Shown: piece by piece, positions 24,069 through 40,651 of the stretch
Position numbering within the stretch: position 1 is the stretch's first letter
Layout: each line of letters begins with the position of its first letter
Assembly: GCF_051903065.1 (NCBI RefSeq)
Contig: NZ_CP178438.1
Origin: Escherichia coli
Lineage (GTDB): Bacteria; Pseudomonadota; Gammaproteobacteria; Enterobacterales; Enterobacteriaceae
Length of the DNA stretch: 64,000 bases
Strand: one strand, 5' to 3'
Notes under the pieces: model-generated
Told to the model about the DNA's origin: nothing
The model's database searches: none
The model's input: the letters and a program-made list of their open reading frames with translations, nothing else
Position numbers and translations under genes: made by a program

Positions 24069-24569
24069 TCAGTCGGCAAAATTTCGCCAAATATCCTGGA
24101 TATCTTCCATCAGATAGCCACGATAGAGCAGAAAACGCTGGATCTTAACTTTTTCTGAAAAGACAGTTGGCAAAGGTTCACCATATTTTCGCGTCGCCTG
24201 ATCGCGCGCCAGTGCGCACCAGTCGATGTCACATTCACGCATCGCTTTTTCTGTCGCTTCGCGGGAAATACCTTTCTGATTCAGTTCCTGGCGAATACGC
24301 GCAGGTCCATAACCTTTGCGGCTACGGCTGGCGATAAAGCGCGCAACAAATCGGCTGTCATCGAGATAGCCATGTTCATGGCACCAGGTAATAACGCGCT
24401 CGTAATCTTCTGCCGTAGCATCAATCTCTTCTGGGCCATTTTTGCCCATAATCGGTGCCGCGAGTTTACGTCGCAGTTCTTGCTCACTGTGATCGCGCAC
24501 CGCCAGAATGCGTACCGCACGATCCAACAGGCGAGCATATGCCGGGCGACGGGACGTTGATTCTGTCAT
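24069..24569 (-). CDS. recX: RecA inhibitor RecX
   Basis: 166 aa ORF immediately downstream of recA. Confidence 0.95.
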   Translation of the reverse strand: MTESTSRRPAYARLLDRAVRILAVRDHSEQELRRKLAAPIMGKNGPEEIDATAEDYERVITWCHEHGYLDDSRFVARFIASRSRKGYGPARIRQELNQKGISREATEKAMRECDIDWCALARDQATRKYGEPLPTVFSEKVKIQRFLLYRGYLMEDIQDIWRNFAD

Positions 24570-24617
24570 GGCATATCCTTACAACTTAAAAAAGCAAAAG
24601 GGCCGCAGATGCGACCC

Positions 24618-24790
24618 AGGTTTTGCTGATAAACAGATTTAATAGTCAATGAGTGTGCAGAATGTTCCCGCAGGCCCAATTCGTTAGAGGATCGAGGTGA
24701 GAGTAATTTTTCACGCCAGTGCTGGCCTGTTCCCCTCACCCTAACCCTCTCCCCAAAGGGGCGAGGGGACCGTCCGTGCACACATTATCT
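24618..24790. repeat. About 170 bp extra segment in the recA-recX intergenic region with a GC-rich imperfect palindrome
   Basis: Flanks match my recollection of the K-12 recA terminator sequence (ggcatatccttacaacttaaaaaagcaaaagggccgcagatgcgaccc ... gattaaaaatc); internal ccctcaccctaaccctctccccaaaggggcgagggg. Element family not identified. Confidence 0.5.
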
Positions 24791-24811
24791 ATTATCATCA
24801 ATAACGAACGA

Positions 24812-25952
<1,141 letters not shown>

Positions 25953-26450
25953 TCAAGTGTTTTGTAGAAATTGTTGCCACAAGGTCTGCAATGCATACGC
26001 AGTAGCCTGACGGCGCACCGCATCACGGTCGCCGCTGAAGCATTCCCGCCGGGTAATGCCTTCACCGCGGGCAGTGGCAAAAGCAAACCAGACGGTGCCG
26101 ACAGGCTTCTCTTCACTGCCGCCATCCGGCCCGGCGATACCACTAATAGACACGGCGTAATCAGCACGAGCCGCTTTCAGTGCGCCTATCGCCATTTCCA
26201 CCACGACGGGTTCGCTCACCGCGCCATGCTGCGCCAGCGTCTCTTCGCGTACGCCGATCATTTGCGCTTTGGCTTCGTTACTGTAGGTGACAAATCCGCG
26301 TTCAAACCAGGCGGAACTGCCGGCAATATCGGTAATCACTTTCGCTACCCAACCGCCGGTACAAGACTCAGCAGTTGTTACGGTTGCGCCACGGGCTTTC
26401 AGCGCCTGCCCAACCTGTTCGCTTAACTGCATCAGTTCACTGTCAGTCAT
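25953..26450 (-). CDS. pncC: NMN amidohydrolase (CinA-like C-terminal domain)
   Basis: ORF 25953..26453; MTDSELMQLSEQ start; 165 aa. Confidence 0.9.
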   Translation of the reverse strand: MTDSELMQLSEQVGQALKARGATVTTAESCTGGWVAKVITDIAGSSAWFERGFVTYSNEAKAQMIGVREETLAQHGAVSEPVVVEMAIGALKAARADYAVSISGIAGPDGGSEEKPVGTVWFAFATARGEGITRRECFSGDRDAVRRQATAYALQTLWQQFLQNT

Positions 26451-26594
26451 CACAACCTCTGTCAGTCAAAAATTTATGCCGGACAAGATAGCACTTTCGT
26501 CAGGAAGATGGTGTTGGCGTTGCAATTTTACGAGAAGGATTCAGAAAAAAGCTGATTAGCCAGAGGGAAGCTCACGCCCCCCTCTTGCAAATAG

Positions 26595-27680
26595 TTACTG
26601 CACGCGCGCCAGCGCCACGGCTTGTCCTAACTGCCAGACCGCCATTGCGTAATGGGTGCTGTGGTTATAACGGGTAATGGTGTAGAAGTTCGGCAGACCG
26701 TACCAGTACTGGTAACCGGTACCGACATCCAGACGCAGCAGGCTGGCTTGTTGATGGTTGCCCAGCGGCTGCTGTGGCGTTAAACCTGCCGCGGCAAGCT
26801 GCGAAATGCTGTACTTGGTTTTGAAGCCATTTGGCAAGCCTGGAGCCTGACCGTTTGCCATTACCGCGACCTGATCGCCTTTCACCCAACCGTGCGCTTT
26901 GAAATAGTTCGCCACGCTACCGATCGCATCAACCGGATCCCACAGGTTGATATGCCCGTCGCCGCTGAAATCTACCGCATATTGTTTGTAAGACGACGGC
27001 ATAAACTGTCCGTAGCCCATCGCCCCGGCAAAGGAACCTTTCAGATTGAGCGGATCGTCCTGCTCGTCGCGCGCCATCAGCAGGAAGGTTTCCAGCTCGC
27101 CAGAGAAATACTCCGCGCGGCGTGGGTAGTTAAATGACAGCGTTGCCAGCGCATCGAGGATGCGAGTTTTCCCCATCACGCGCCCCCAGCGGGTTTCAAC
27201 GCCGATAATCCCGACGATAATTTCCGGCGGTACGCCATACACCTGCCACGCGCGATTCAACGCATCTTCATACTGATTCCAGAAAACCACACCGTTCTGC
27301 ACATTGTCCGGCGTAATAAATTTTTTGCGATAACGCAGCCATGCGCCGTTCGGACCTGATGGCGGTTTCACCGATGTCGTTGGTGCCTGGTTATCCATCA
27401 GCCGCAGTACCGAATCCAGACGTTTCGCCTGGGAGAGAATTTCCTGCAACTGCTGACGATCGAAACCGTGTTTGTTCACCATTTTGTCGATGAACTGCTG
27501 GGCATTCGGGTTATTGGCGAAGTCACCGCCCATCTGCATCACATTGTGCTGCGGCTCAAGCAGGAAGCCGCCAGACGGCGTTCCGGTGGTCGTATCAGTC
27601 TCAGTAGGTTTTGGCTTGCTGCTACAGGCGGCAAGCAACACAAAAAGGGGAAGCAATGTTACATAACGACGCTTGAACAT
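26595..27680 (-). CDS. mltB: Membrane-bound lytic murein transglycosylase B
   Basis: ORF 26595..27785; start trimmed to MFKRRYVTLLPLFVLLAACSS lipoprotein signal (361 aa). Confidence 0.9.
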   Translation of the reverse strand: MFKRRYVTLLPLFVLLAACSSKPKPTETDTTTGTPSGGFLLEPQHNVMQMGGDFANNPNAQQFIDKMVNKHGFDRQQLQEILSQAKRLDSVLRLMDNQAPTTSVKPPSGPNGAWLRYRKKFITPDNVQNGVVFWNQYEDALNRAWQVYGVPPEIIVGIIGVETRWGRVMGKTRILDALATLSFNYPRRAEYFSGELETFLLMARDEQDDPLNLKGSFAGAMGYGQFMPSSYKQYAVDFSGDGHINLWDPVDAIGSVANYFKAHGWVKGDQVAVMANGQAPGLPNGFKTKYSISQLAAAGLTPQQPLGNHQQASLLRLDVGTGYQYWYGLPNFYTITRYNHSTHYAMAVWQLGQAVALARVQ

Positions 27681-27917
27681 GAGGGGTCCATTTAACAGAT
27701 TCAACCAGGGGCAAGTATGGTAAAGCATCACGCCCCGCACAAGGAAGCGGTAGTCACTGCCCGATACGGACTTTACATAACTCAACTCATCCCCCTCGCT
27801 ATCCTTTTATTCAAACTTTCAAATTAAAATATTTATCTTTCATTTTGCGATCAAAATAACACTTTTAAATCTTTCAATCTGATTAGATTAGGTTGCCGTT
27901 TGGTAATAAAACAATAA

Positions 27918-29455
<1,538 letters not shown>

Positions 29456-29465
29456 AGGCTGAAAC

Positions 29466-30620
<1,155 letters not shown>

Positions 30621-30665
30621 TCAACAGCGGAGATCCGTTAAGGATCTCCGCGAGACTAATAGAAT

Positions 30666-30694
30666 GCCTGATGCGCTACTCTTATCAGGCCTAC
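30666..30694. repeat. REP palindromic unit between srlD and gutM
   Basis: gcctgatgcgctactcttatcaggcctac; preceded by inverted repeat gcggagatcc-gttaa-ggatctccgc. Confidence 0.7.
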
Positions 30695-30725
30695 AGGACT
30701 TCCGCCACTATATTAAGGATAAGTT

Positions 30726-31085
30726 ATGGTATCCGCACTCATCACCGTCGCCGTTATCGCCTGGTGTGCGCAACTGGCCTTAGGCGGCTGGCAAATTTCT
30801 CGTTTTAACCGTGCCTTCGATGCACTTTGCCAACAAGGGCGCGTTGGCGTGGGACGTTCCAGCGGGCGCTTTAAACCACGGGTCGTGGTCGCCATTGCGC
30901 TGGACGATCAGCAGCGCATCGCCGACACCTTGTTTATGAAAGGACTGACTGTCTTCGCACGACCGCAAAAAATTCCCGCAATTACGGGCATGCATTCTGC
31001 TGATTTACAGCCCGATGTGATCTTTCCCCATGATCCACTATCACAGAATGCTCTATCATTGGCGCTTAAACTGAAACGTGGATAA
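30726..31085 (+). CDS. gutM: Glucitol operon activator
   Basis: 119 aa ORF in conserved position. Confidence 0.9.
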   Translation: MVSALITVAVIAWCAQLALGGWQISRFNRAFDALCQQGRVGVGRSSGRFKPRVVVAIALDDQQRIADTLFMKGLTVFARPQKIPAITGMHSADLQPDVIFPHDPLSQNALSLALKLKRG

Positions 31086-31151
31086 TTTCGTTGTGAATGT
31101 TACTTGCTTGCGAAGTTATCATTTTGAAACCTAAATCAGGTAATCACGCCC

Positions 31152-31925
31152 ATGAAACCTCGTCAGCGTCAGGCCGCCATTCTGGAGTATCTGCAAAAGC
31201 AGGGTAAATGCTCGGTTGAAGAATTGGCGCAATACTTTGACACCACAGGCACAACCATTCGCAAAGATCTGGTCATTCTGGAACATGCCGGAACCGTCAT
31301 TCGTACTTATGGCGGAGTGATGTTGAATAAAGAGGAATCCGATCCGCCTATCGATCATAAAACACTCATCAACACCCACAAGAAAGAGCTGATTGCAGAA
31401 GCTGCCGTTAGTTTTATCCATGATGGCGATTCGATCATTCTTGATGCTGGCAGTACCGTTTTGCAGATGGTTCCCCTGCTCTCGCGCTTTAATAACATCA
31501 CGGTGATGACCAACAGCCTGCATATCGTCAATGCGCTATCCGAACTGGATAACGAACAAACTATCCTGATGCCAGGCGGAACGTTTCGTAAAAAATCGGC
31601 CTCATTTCACGGACAGCTGGCAGAGAATGCCTTCGAGCATTTCACCTTCGACAAATTATTCATGGGTACTGACGGCATCGATCTCAATGCGGGCGTAACC
31701 ACCTTCAACGAGGTTTATACCGTCAGTAAGGCAATGTGCAATGCCGCGCGCGAAGTGATTTTGATGGCGGACTCATCAAAGTTTGGCCGTAAAAGCCCCA
31801 ACGTAGTTTGCAGTCTTGAAAGCGTCGATAAGCTGATTACCGACGCAGATATCGATCCGGCGTTTCGTCAGGCGCTGGAAGAGAAAGGGATCGATGTGAT
31901 CATAACCGGAGAGAGCAATGAGTGA
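31152..31925 (+). CDS. srlR: DeoR-family glucitol repressor
   Basis: 257 aa; N-terminal HTH, DeoR C-terminal sugar-phosphate domain. Confidence 0.95.
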   Translation: MKPRQRQAAILEYLQKQGKCSVEELAQYFDTTGTTIRKDLVILEHAGTVIRTYGGVMLNKEESDPPIDHKTLINTHKKELIAEAAVSFIHDGDSIILDAGSTVLQMVPLLSRFNNITVMTNSLHIVNALSELDNEQTILMPGGTFRKKSASFHGQLAENAFEHFTFDKLFMGTDGIDLNAGVTTFNEVYTVSKAMCNAAREVILMADSSKFGRKSPNVVCSLESVDKLITDADIDPAFRQALEEKGIDVIITGESNE

Positions 31926-32883
31926 AGCACTACTGAACGCGGGACGTCAGACGTTAATGCTGGAATTGCAGGAAGCAAGCCGTTTACCGGAACGTCTGGG
32001 CAATGATTTTGTTCGCGCCGCCAATATCATCCTGCACTGCGAAGGCAAAGTGGTGGTTTCGGGAATTGGCAAATCGGGCCACATTGGTAAGAAAATCGCC
32101 GCAACGCTTGCCAGTACTGGCACACCGGCTTTTTTTGTCCATCCGGCAGAAGCACTACACGGCGATCTGGGGATGATCGAAAGCCGCGATGTGATGCTGT
32201 TTATTTCTTACTCCGGTGGCGCGAAGGAACTGGATCTGATTATTCCGCGTCTGGAAGATAAATCTATCGCGCTGCTGGCGATGACCGGCAAACCGACGTC
32301 ACCGCTGGGCCTGGCGGCGAAAGCGGTGCTGGATATCTCCGTAGAACGCGAAGCCTGCCCGATGCACCTTGCGCCGACCTCCAGCACCGTCAATACCCTG
32401 ATGATGGGTGACGCGCTGGCGATGGCGGTCATGCAGGCGCGCGGATTTAATGAAGAAGATTTTGCCCGCTCCCACCCAGCCGGGGCACTGGGCGCTCGCT
32501 TGCTGAATAAAGTGCATCATCTGATGCGCCGTGATGACGCTATCCCGCAGGTAGCGTTAACCGCCAGCGTGATGGATGCGATGCTGGAACTCAGCCGCAC
32601 CGGTCTGGGGCTGGTGGCGGTATGTGACGCTCAACAACAGGTACAAGGCGTCTTTACCGACGGCGATTTACGTCGCTGGCTGGTTGGCGGCGGCGCACTC
32701 ACCACGCCAGTTAATGAAGCGATGACGGTCGGCGGCACCACGTTGCAATCGCAAAGTCGCGCCATCGACGCCAAAGAGATCCTGATGAAGCGCAAAATCA
32801 CTGCCGCACCGGTGGTAGATGAAAACGGCAAACTCGTCGGCGCAATTAACCTGCAGGATTTCTATCAGGCCGGGATTATTTAA
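31918..32883 (+). CDS. gutQ: D-arabinose 5-phosphate isomerase (SIS + CBS domains)
   Basis: 321 aa; SIS motif GIGKSG, tandem CBS. Confidence 0.95.
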   Translation: MSEALLNAGRQTLMLELQEASRLPERLGNDFVRAANIILHCEGKVVVSGIGKSGHIGKKIAATLASTGTPAFFVHPAEALHGDLGMIESRDVMLFISYSGGAKELDLIIPRLEDKSIALLAMTGKPTSPLGLAAKAVLDISVEREACPMHLAPTSSTVNTLMMGDALAMAVMQARGFNEEDFARSHPAGALGARLLNKVHHLMRRDDAIPQVALTASVMDAMLELSRTGLGLVAVCDAQQQVQGVFTDGDLRRWLVGGGALTTPVNEAMTVGGTTLQSQSRAIDAKEILMKRKITAAPVVDENGKLVGAINLQDFYQAGII

Positions 32884-34394
32884 TCCTTCAATCCCAGACG
32901 TTTCGCCAGCCGATGCAGGTTGGCGACGTCGGTTTCCAGCATTCGCGCGCAGGCTGCCCAGTTGTGATGATTTTGTGCCAGTGCCTGACGAATAGTTTCA
33001 CGCTGGAACGCTTCTGTCGCTTCACGCAGGTTTTGCTTAACAACGGGCACCGCCGCCGCTTCTGGCGGCGGTAACGTCACCTCAGGAAAAGCAAAATGTT
33101 GCGCCTCAAGAATCACTTCATCGCCGCTGCGGGTGGCTCTCGCCAGCACTACCGCCCGATGAATAGCATGTTCCAGTTCGCGCACGTTCCCCGGAAAACG
33201 ATAGTGTTGCAGTAAATTTCGCGCTCCGGCACTTAATACCACGCGGGAGAGCCCCTGCCGCAAACGACACTGCTCGCAGAAATACCCCGCCAGCAGAATG
33301 ACATCATCGCCCCGCTCACGCAGCGGCGGCACCGAAAGTGGAAACACGCTCAGGCGGTGGAACAAGTCAGCGCGAAATCGCCCTGCCAGCACCTCTTCGC
33401 GTAAATCGCGGTTAGTCGCCGCCAGCACGCGCACATCGACCCGCAAACTACGGTCATCGCCAACGCGCTGAATATCGCCATACTGCAACACCCTCAGCAG
33501 CTTGGCCTGCAATGCCAACGACAACTCGCCGATCTCATCCAGAAACAGCGTGCCGTTATCCGCCATTTCAAACTTCCCACTGCGGTTACTGATTGCGCCA
33601 GTAAACGCTCCTTTCACATGCCCGAACAACTCACTTTCCGCCACACTTTCCGGCAGTGCGGCACAGTTGAGATAGACCAGCGGATTCACCGCCCGTGGCG
33701 AGGCCTCATGAATCGCTTTCGCCACCAGCTCCTTACCGGTTCCCGTCTCACCGCTGATCAGGACGTTGAGATCGGACGCCGCCACAATCTCAATCTCTTT
33801 TTTCAGTTGCGTCATGCCTGGCGACAGACCGATCATCTGCGTCTGTTTCACCGCTTCAAATGGAGCGGCATCGCCCGGCAGCATATTCTGGCTTTCCAGT
33901 TGCTCAATCAGCAACGCATTGCTTAACGCTCCCGCCGCCAGCGCGGCAATCAGGCGTAACTCTTCGTCACTGAAAACATCGAACTGATCGGGCTGCATTC
34001 CGTCGAGCGTCAATGCGCCGATCAGGTTTTGTCCGGCAAACAACGGCAGACCAACGCAGGCGTGGACCTTCAGACTCTCCTGTCCGGGAATCAAACCATC
34101 ATAGGGATCGGGCAATTCGCTGTCTGCGGGAAAGCGCACCACGTCCCCGGCGCGGGCAATCGCTTCCAGCCGTGGATGCCCTTCCAGCGCAAAGCGTCTA
34201 CCGAGTACATCCTTTGCCAGACCGTCGATGGCAAGCGGAATAAACTGCCGCGAATCGTAACGTAGCAACGCAGACGCATCGCACTCCAGCACCTGACGCA
34301 GCGTGGTGATCAGGCGCTGAAAACGATCCTGATGACCAATCCCACGCTGCAATTCGATGGCGATATTCGCCAGCACATCAACGGAAAAACTCAT
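32880..34394 (-). CDS. norR: NO-responsive sigma54 enhancer-binding protein
   Basis: ORF 32880..34469; start trimmed to [18 protein letters not shown] (504 aa) so the CDS does not cover its own binding sites; GAF + AAA+ ([14 protein letters not shown]) + HTH. Confidence 0.9.
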   Translation of the reverse strand: MSFSVDVLANIAIELQRGIGHQDRFQRLITTLRQVLECDASALLRYDSRQFIPLAIDGLAKDVLGRRFALEGHPRLEAIARAGDVVRFPADSELPDPYDGLIPGQESLKVHACVGLPLFAGQNLIGALTLDGMQPDQFDVFSDEELRLIAALAAGALSNALLIEQLESQNMLPGDAAPFEAVKQTQMIGLSPGMTQLKKEIEIVAASDLNVLISGETGTGKELVAKAIHEASPRAVNPLVYLNCAALPESVAESELFGHVKGAFTGAISNRSGKFEMADNGTLFLDEIGELSLALQAKLLRVLQYGDIQRVGDDRSLRVDVRVLAATNRDLREEVLAGRFRADLFHRLSVFPLSVPPLRERGDDVILLAGYFCEQCRLRQGLSRVVLSAGARNLLQHYRFPGNVRELEHAIHRAVVLARATRSGDEVILEAQHFAFPEVTLPPPEAAAVPVVKQNLREATEAFQRETIRQALAQNHHNWAACARMLETDVANLHRLAKRLGLKD

Positions 34395-34406
34395 CTTTGC
34401 CTCACT

Positions 34407-34462
34407 GTCAATTTGACTATAGATATTGTCATATTGACCATTTGATTGATAGTCATTTTGAC
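34407..34462. promoter_or_regulatory. Three NorR binding sites (GT-N7-AC)
   Basis: gtcaatttgac, gtcatattgac, gtcattttgac in the norR-norV intergenic region. Confidence 0.85.
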
Positions 34463-34517
34463 TACTCATTAATGAGCATAATTCTATTTATATAGTAAAA
34501 ACAATCAGATAAAAAAC

Positions 34518-34533
34518 TGGCACGCAATCTGCA
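34518..34533 (+). promoter_or_regulatory. Sigma54 promoter of norVW
   Basis: tggcacgcaatctgca (-24 GG / -12 GC spacing) about 50 bp upstream of norV. Confidence 0.8.
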
Positions 34534-34580
34534 ATTAGCAAGACATCTTTTTAGAACACGCTGAATAAATTGAGGTTGCT

Positions 34581-36020
34581 ATGTCTATTGTGGTGAAAAA
34601 TAACATTCATTGGGTGGGTCAACGTGACTGGGAAGTGCGTGATTTTCACGGTACAGAATATAAAACGCTGCGCGGCAGCAGCTACAACAGCTACCTCATC
34701 CGCGAAGAAAAAAACGTGCTGATCGACACCGTCGACCATAAATTCAGCCGCGAATTTGTGCAGAACCTGCGTAATGAAATCGATCTGGCGGATATCGATT
34801 ACATCGTGATTAACCATGCAGAAGAGGACCACGCCGGGGCGCTGACCGAACTGATGGCACAAATTCCCGATACGCCGATCTACTGTACAGCCAACGCTAT
34901 CGACTCGATAAATGGTCATCACCATCATCCGGAGTGGAATTTTAATGTGGTGAAAACTGGCGACACGCTGGATATCGGCAACGGCAAACAGCTCATTTTT
35001 GTCGAAACACCAATGCTGCACTGGCCGGACAGCATGATGACTTACCTGACAGGCGACGCGGTGCTGTTCAGTAACGATGCTTTCGGTCAGCACTACTGCG
35101 ACGAGCATCTGTTCAACGATGAAGTGGATCAGACGGAGCTTTTTGAGCAGTGCCAGCGTTACTACGCCAATATCCTTACGCCGTTCAGCCGCCTGGTAAC
35201 GCCGAAAATTACCGAGATCCTCGGCTTTAACTTACCAGTCGATATGATAGCGACCTCTCACGGCGTGGTATGGCGCGATAACCCGACGCAAATTGTCGAG
35301 CTGTACCTGAAATGGGCGGCTGATTATCAGGAAGACAGAATCACCATTTTCTACGACACCATGTCGAATAACACCCGCATGATGGCTGACGCTATCGCCC
35401 AGGGAATTGCGGAAACCGACCCACGCGTGGCGGTGAAAATTTTCAACGTCGCCCGAAGCGATAAAAACGAAATCCTGACCAATGTCTTCCGCTCAAAAGG
35501 CGTGCTGGTCGGCACTTCGACGATGAATAACGTGATGATGCCGAAAATCGCCGGGCTGGTGGAGGAGATGACCGGATTACGCTTCCGTAACAAACGCGCC
35601 AGTGCTTTCGGCTCTCACGGCTGGAGCGGCGGTGCGGTGGATCGTCTTTCCACGCGCCTGCAGGATGCGGGTTTCGAAATGTCGCTTAGCCTGAAAGCGA
35701 AATGGCGACCAGACCAGGACGCTCTGGAGTTATGCCGTGAACACGGTCGCGAAATCGCCCGTCAGTGGGCGCTCGCGCCGCTGCCGCAGAGCACGGTGAA
35801 TGCGGTAGTTAAAGAAGAAACCTCTGCCACCACGACGGCTGACCTCGGCCCACGGATGCAGTGCAGCGTCTGCCAGTGGATTTACGATCCGGCAAAAGGC
35901 GAGCCAATGCAGGACGTTGCGCCAGGAACGCCGTGGAGTGAAGTCCCGGATAACTTCCTCTGCCCAGAATGCTCCCTCGGCAAAGACGTCTTTGAAGAAC
36001 TGGCATCGGAGGCAAAATGA
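34581..36020 (+). CDS. norV: Anaerobic NO reductase flavorubredoxin
   Basis: 479 aa; metallo-beta-lactamase-like + flavodoxin + C-terminal rubredoxin (CxxC...CPxC). Confidence 0.95.
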   Translation: MSIVVKNNIHWVGQRDWEVRDFHGTEYKTLRGSSYNSYLIREEKNVLIDTVDHKFSREFVQNLRNEIDLADIDYIVINHAEEDHAGALTELMAQIPDTPIYCTANAIDSINGHHHHPEWNFNVVKTGDTLDIGNGKQLIFVETPMLHWPDSMMTYLTGDAVLFSNDAFGQHYCDEHLFNDEVDQTELFEQCQRYYANILTPFSRLVTPKITEILGFNLPVDMIATSHGVVWRDNPTQIVELYLKWAADYQEDRITIFYDTMSNNTRMMADAIAQGIAETDPRVAVKIFNVARSDKNEILTNVFRSKGVLVGTSTMNNVMMPKIAGLVEEMTGLRFRNKRASAFGSHGWSGGAVDRLSTRLQDAGFEMSLSLKAKWRPDQDALELCREHGREIARQWALAPLPQSTVNAVVKEETSATTTADLGPRMQCSVCQWIYDPAKGEPMQDVAPGTPWSEVPDNFLCPECSLGKDVFEELASEAK

Positions 36021-37150
36021 GTAACGGCATTGTGATCATCGGTTCGGGCTTCGCCGCCCGCCAACTGGTGAAAAATATTCGCAAACAGGACGCAACTATT
36101 CCATTAACCCTGATTGCCGCCGACAGCATGGATGAGTACAACAAACCTGACCTCAGCCATGTTATCAGTCAGGGGCAACGTGCCGATGACCTTACCCGCC
36201 AGACGGCGGGTGAATTTGCCGAGCAGTTTACTCTGCGCCTGTTTCCGCAAACCTGGGTGACGGATATCGATGCCGAAGCCCATGTGGTGAAAAGCCAGAA
36301 TAATCAGTGGCAATACGACAAGTTAGTGCTGGCAACCGGTGCCAGCGCCTTTGTCCCGCCTGTGCCTGGGCGTGAGTTAATGCTGACGTTAAATAGTCAG
36401 CAAGAGTATCGCGCCTGTGAAACGCAACTGCGGGATGCCCGACGCGTGTTGATTGTTGGCGGTGGTTTGATTGGTAGCGAACTGGCGATGGATTTTTGTC
36501 GTGCAGGCAAAGCGGTCACGCTCATCGACAACGCTGCCAGTATTCTGGCGTCGTTAATGCCACCGGAAGTAAGCAGCCGCTTGCAGCATCGGTTGACGGA
36601 GATGGGCGTTCATCTGCTGTTGAAATCTCAGTTGCAGGGGCTGGAAAAAACGGATTCTGGCATTCTGGCAACGCTGGACCGCCAGCGTAGTATCGAAGTG
36701 GATGCGGTAATTGCCGCCACCGGACTGCGCCCGGAAACCGCCCTGGCACGACGCGCCGGGCTGACGATTAATCGCGGCGTTTGCGTCGATAGTTATCTGC
36801 AAACCAGTAATGCCGATATTTACGCGCTGGGCGATTGCGCGGAAATTAACGGTCAGGTATTGCCGTTCCTCCAGCCGATTCAACTTAGCGCGATGGTGCT
36901 GGCAAAAAATCTTCTCGGCAATAACACGCCGCTGAAACTACCGGCGATGCTGGTGAAAATCAAAACGCCGGAATTACCGCTGCATCTGGCAGGCGAAACC
37001 CAGCGTCAGGATTTACGTTGGCAGATTAATACCGAACGCCAGGGAATGGTGGCGCGCGGCGTTGACGATGCTGACCAGCTTCGCGCCTTTGTGGTAAGTG
37101 AGGATCGGATGAAAGAGGCATTTGGATTGTTGAAAACGTTGCCGGTGTAG
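36017..37150 (+). CDS. norW: NADH:flavorubredoxin reductase
   Basis: 377 aa; FAD/NAD(P) GxGxxG motifs; overlaps norV stop. Confidence 0.95.
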   Translation: MSNGIVIIGSGFAARQLVKNIRKQDATIPLTLIAADSMDEYNKPDLSHVISQGQRADDLTRQTAGEFAEQFTLRLFPQTWVTDIDAEAHVVKSQNNQWQYDKLVLATGASAFVPPVPGRELMLTLNSQQEYRACETQLRDARRVLIVGGGLIGSELAMDFCRAGKAVTLIDNAASILASLMPPEVSSRLQHRLTEMGVHLLLKSQLQGLEKTDSGILATLDRQRSIEVDAVIAATGLRPETALARRAGLTINRGVCVDSYLQTSNADIYALGDCAEINGQVLPFLQPIQLSAMVLAKNLLGNNTPLKLPAMLVKIKTPELPLHLAGETQRQDLRWQINTERQGMVARGVDDADQLRAFVVSEDRMKEAFGLLKTLPV

Positions 37151-37546
<396 letters not shown>

Positions 37547-37569
37547 ATGGTGTCCAAATGCAACACGTT

Positions 37570-39822
37570 TTATCCGTTCTGGACTTCACCCGCTAACCAA
37601 CGCGCCGCAGCAATAACCCCCTGCCCCAGAGACAAACCGCCATCACCCGCCGGTAAACTCTGTGGAAAGAGCAATGTGAAATCAGCGAGATAATGCGCCA
37701 GACGTGCACGCAGCAAACGGTTATGAATAACCCCGCCGCTAAATACCAGCGTAGTGATACCACGCATCGTGGCCTGCTCACGCATCAACGCGGCAAAACC
37801 CTGCGCCAGCGCATCATGAAACGCCCACGCGCGTTGATTAACCGGTGCCTGCCAGTTCAGCCACTGCTGCCAGAAAGTGGCGAGATCCAGTTGATTGTCC
37901 ACCAGCGGCATTGTCACCGGATGCGTCACTCCGTGGCATGAGGCTGCGAGCGCCTCCAGAGCACAAGCCGCTTCACCTTCATAACTTAACGTGGCTGGCG
38001 CACAGCCCAGTGCCGCCGCCACTGCATCGAACACCCGCCCACACGATGACGCCAGCGGCGCGTTAATTCCACGCTCAATGGCCCGCGCCAGTACGCTCCA
38101 GTTTTGCTGTTGCACACTTGCCGTTTCAGGGTAATTCTGCCACTCCGGCACAAAGCGCAGGCACTGCGCCAGCAGGTTACGCCACGGCTGCTTCGCCGCC
38201 AAATCGCCACCCGGAAGCGCCACTGCAGGCAAGCCGCCCAGGTGCTCACATTCGCGATAGTTCACCCGCAGGCACTCGCCGCCCCACAAAGCGCCGTTCT
38301 CCCCCATACCGATACCGTCGAGCGTCAAAGCAATGACATCACCGCCATCCAGCGGCCAGTGATGTTCTGCCAGACACGCCGCTGCATGGGCATGATGATG
38401 CAGTACCGTTTGCGTCGGCAGATTCATTTCGCGCGCCCACTGGCTGGAGACATAGCCAGGATGTGCGTCATGCACAACGTATTGCGGGGTGAAATCGTAG
38501 ATGTTTTGCATCAGGCGTAACGCTTCGCGCCACTGCATCTGGATGCCATCGTCACTTAAATCGCCCAGATGCTGGCTCAACACCGCTTGTTCACCGCGCA
38601 CCAGGCAGAAGGTATTTTTCAGATCCGCGCCGAGACACAGCACAGGCGGAACATTTTTAAAGCCCGGAGGCAAAGACAGCGCGTCCGGTACATACCCTCG
38701 CGAACGGCGCAGCATTTCGCCGCTTTCGCGCACCACTGAATCATCCATCCGCTGCACGATGTCGCGGTTATGTAGCAAGAATCCGTCGGCAATGCCCTGC
38801 AAATCCGCCAGCGCCTGTTCGTTGCTGATAGCCGGTGGTTTACCGCTCAGGTTGCCAGAGGTCATCACCAGCGGGCATTGCAGTTCCTGTAACAGCAAAT
38901 GCTGGAGCGGGTTCGCAGGCAACATTACCCCGACTTCGTTAAGGCCAGGGGCGATATCATCACAAAGCTCAGGAACGTATTTTTTATCCACCAGCACAAT
39001 CGGCGCGGCGGGCGTGGTAAGCAACTGGCGCGCAGCGTCTGGTAAACCGTCAGCCACTGGCAACATGACCGCCAGCGGTTTCGCCGGGCGATGTTTGCGC
39101 GCCCGAAGTGTCGCCACCGCGTTACTGTTACGTGCATCGCAGGCAAGATGAAATCCGCCAATCCCTTTGATGGCGACAATGTTGCCCATTTTTAACTGTG
39201 CGATAGCCGCCTGTAATGCCGCCTCTTGTTCCGCATGTTCACCATGACTTACCCATTCAAGATGTGGGCCACACTCCGGGCAGGCCACCGGCTGGGCGTG
39301 GAAGCGACGATCGAGCGGGTCGCGGTACTCTTTATCACAGGCTGGACACAGAGGAAACGCCGCCATTACGGTAAACGGGCGGTCGTAAGGCATGGCGCGA
39401 ATAATGGTGAAACGCGGGCCGCAGTGGGTACAGTTGATAAACGGATAACGATAACGCCGTTCGCCTGGGGTATTCATTTCGGCAAGGCAAGCAGGGCAAG
39501 TGGCGGCATCGGGAACAATTTGCGTATTCATGGTGCCGCCTGTGCTCTGGCGGATGGTGAACTCGGTGGGCGGCTGTGACCAGATAAACGGCTCACGCTC
39601 GACGCTATCAATACGCGCCAGTGGCGGACAGTGCTGATGCAATTGAACAAGAAACGTTTCCGGGTCTTCCAGCAGCCGGACTTCTACGCCATCGCCGTCA
39701 TTACAGACATCGCCGTGAAGATTTAATTGCTGTGCCAGTTGCCAGACAAACGGACGAAAACCGACGCCCTGCACTTTGCCACGAATACGCAGTTGGACAC
39801 CGCAAGATGTGTTTTTTGCCAT
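37570..39822 (-). CDS. hypF: [NiFe]-hydrogenase maturation carbamoyltransferase
   Basis: ORF 37570..39894; start trimmed to [22 protein letters not shown] (750 aa); acylphosphatase + Zn-finger + YrdC + Kae1 domains. Confidence 0.95.
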   Translation of the reverse strand: MAKNTSCGVQLRIRGKVQGVGFRPFVWQLAQQLNLHGDVCNDGDGVEVRLLEDPETFLVQLHQHCPPLARIDSVEREPFIWSQPPTEFTIRQSTGGTMNTQIVPDAATCPACLAEMNTPGERRYRYPFINCTHCGPRFTIIRAMPYDRPFTVMAAFPLCPACDKEYRDPLDRRFHAQPVACPECGPHLEWVSHGEHAEQEAALQAAIAQLKMGNIVAIKGIGGFHLACDARNSNAVATLRARKHRPAKPLAVMLPVADGLPDAARQLLTTPAAPIVLVDKKYVPELCDDIAPGLNEVGVMLPANPLQHLLLQELQCPLVMTSGNLSGKPPAISNEQALADLQGIADGFLLHNRDIVQRMDDSVVRESGEMLRRSRGYVPDALSLPPGFKNVPPVLCLGADLKNTFCLVRGEQAVLSQHLGDLSDDGIQMQWREALRLMQNIYDFTPQYVVHDAHPGYVSSQWAREMNLPTQTVLHHHAHAAACLAEHHWPLDGGDVIALTLDGIGMGENGALWGGECLRVNYRECEHLGGLPAVALPGGDLAAKQPWRNLLAQCLRFVPEWQNYPETASVQQQNWSVLARAIERGINAPLASSCGRVFDAVAAALGCAPATLSYEGEAACALEALAASCHGVTHPVTMPLVDNQLDLATFWQQWLNWQAPVNQRAWAFHDALAQGFAALMREQATMRGITTLVFSGGVIHNRLLRARLAHYLADFTLLFPQSLPAGDGGLSLGQGVIAAARWLAGEVQNG

Positions 39823-39974
39823 TGAGTTATTCCCGCCATCATGAATTGCGTAACCCGCCCAGCCGGACATGACAGCGTCGTATCCGGCAGTCACAGGTCG
39901 GCGATACCGCCCGCTCCGTATTCTACGAATATTTCCGGGAATTCCTTTGATGCCAGAACAGTTCTGTAAGATTT

Positions 39975-40502
39975 TTAGAACATCAGCGCCGTACGGCGGC
40001 GTTTTTCTGCGCTCAGTTGTTCAAGTTTATTACGATCGACACAAATCAGCGCATGAGTTGGGCAAGCCGCCATACACGCCGGGCCGTCTTCACGATGGTT
40101 GCACAGGTCGCATTTATTTGCTTCGGCTTTGTCAGCCCGTACGTTAAGCCCTGCGCCGCTGTTGCGAATCACCGGACGTACCACCACTTCCATCGCACCA
40201 TACGGGCAAGCCACAACGCAGGTTTTGCAACCAATGCAACGTTCCTGCATCACATGAACAAACCCTTTATCACGGCTGATAGCACCATTCGGGCAGACGT
40301 TAGCGCACGGTGCATCTTCACACTGACGGCAAACTGTCGCCGTGGAAATGTTCACACCTTTAATGACATGGATACGCGGTAGAAATGTTTCCGGGGTCAG
40401 CGATGCACAGTCCTGATTTTCCTGATGAGAAACCACGCACGCCACTTCACAGGTACGGCAACCAATACATTTACTCGCGTCAGCAATGATGAAACGGTTC
40501 AT
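39975..40502 (-). CDS. hydN: 4Fe-4S ferredoxin-type electron transfer protein
   Basis: ORF 39975..40517; start [22 protein letters not shown] (175 aa); four CxxCxxCxxxCP clusters. Confidence 0.95.
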   Translation of the reverse strand: MNRFIIADASKCIGCRTCEVACVVSHQENQDCASLTPETFLPRIHVIKGVNISTATVCRQCEDAPCANVCPNGAISRDKGFVHVMQERCIGCKTCVVACPYGAMEVVVRPVIRNSGAGLNVRADKAEANKCDLCNHREDGPACMAACPTHALICVDRNKLEQLSAEKRRRTALMF

Positions 40503-40651
40503 CAAATTCTCCAGCAATGACAGTTAATGCGCCGATACATTCACAAATCATGCCAGTTTTTAATTCACTGTTATTTAAGGAAATTAATTTCTGTAATGCA
40601 GGAAAAAAAGATGTCATCGACACTAGTGACGATGACATGTGATGACAATGT

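Noticed and set aside
24566-24781. 71 aa minus-strand ORF across the recA-recX intergenic insertion
   Set aside because: Spans a GC-rich palindromic repeat; Arg/Gly-rich low-complexity translation with no RBS. More likely a non-coding structured element.
40503-40651. Candidate sigma54 promoter for hydN-hypF (reverse complement tggcatgatttgtga)
   Set aside because: The -24 element is acceptable but the -12 element (GTGA) is poor; not reported as a feature without transcript-start data.
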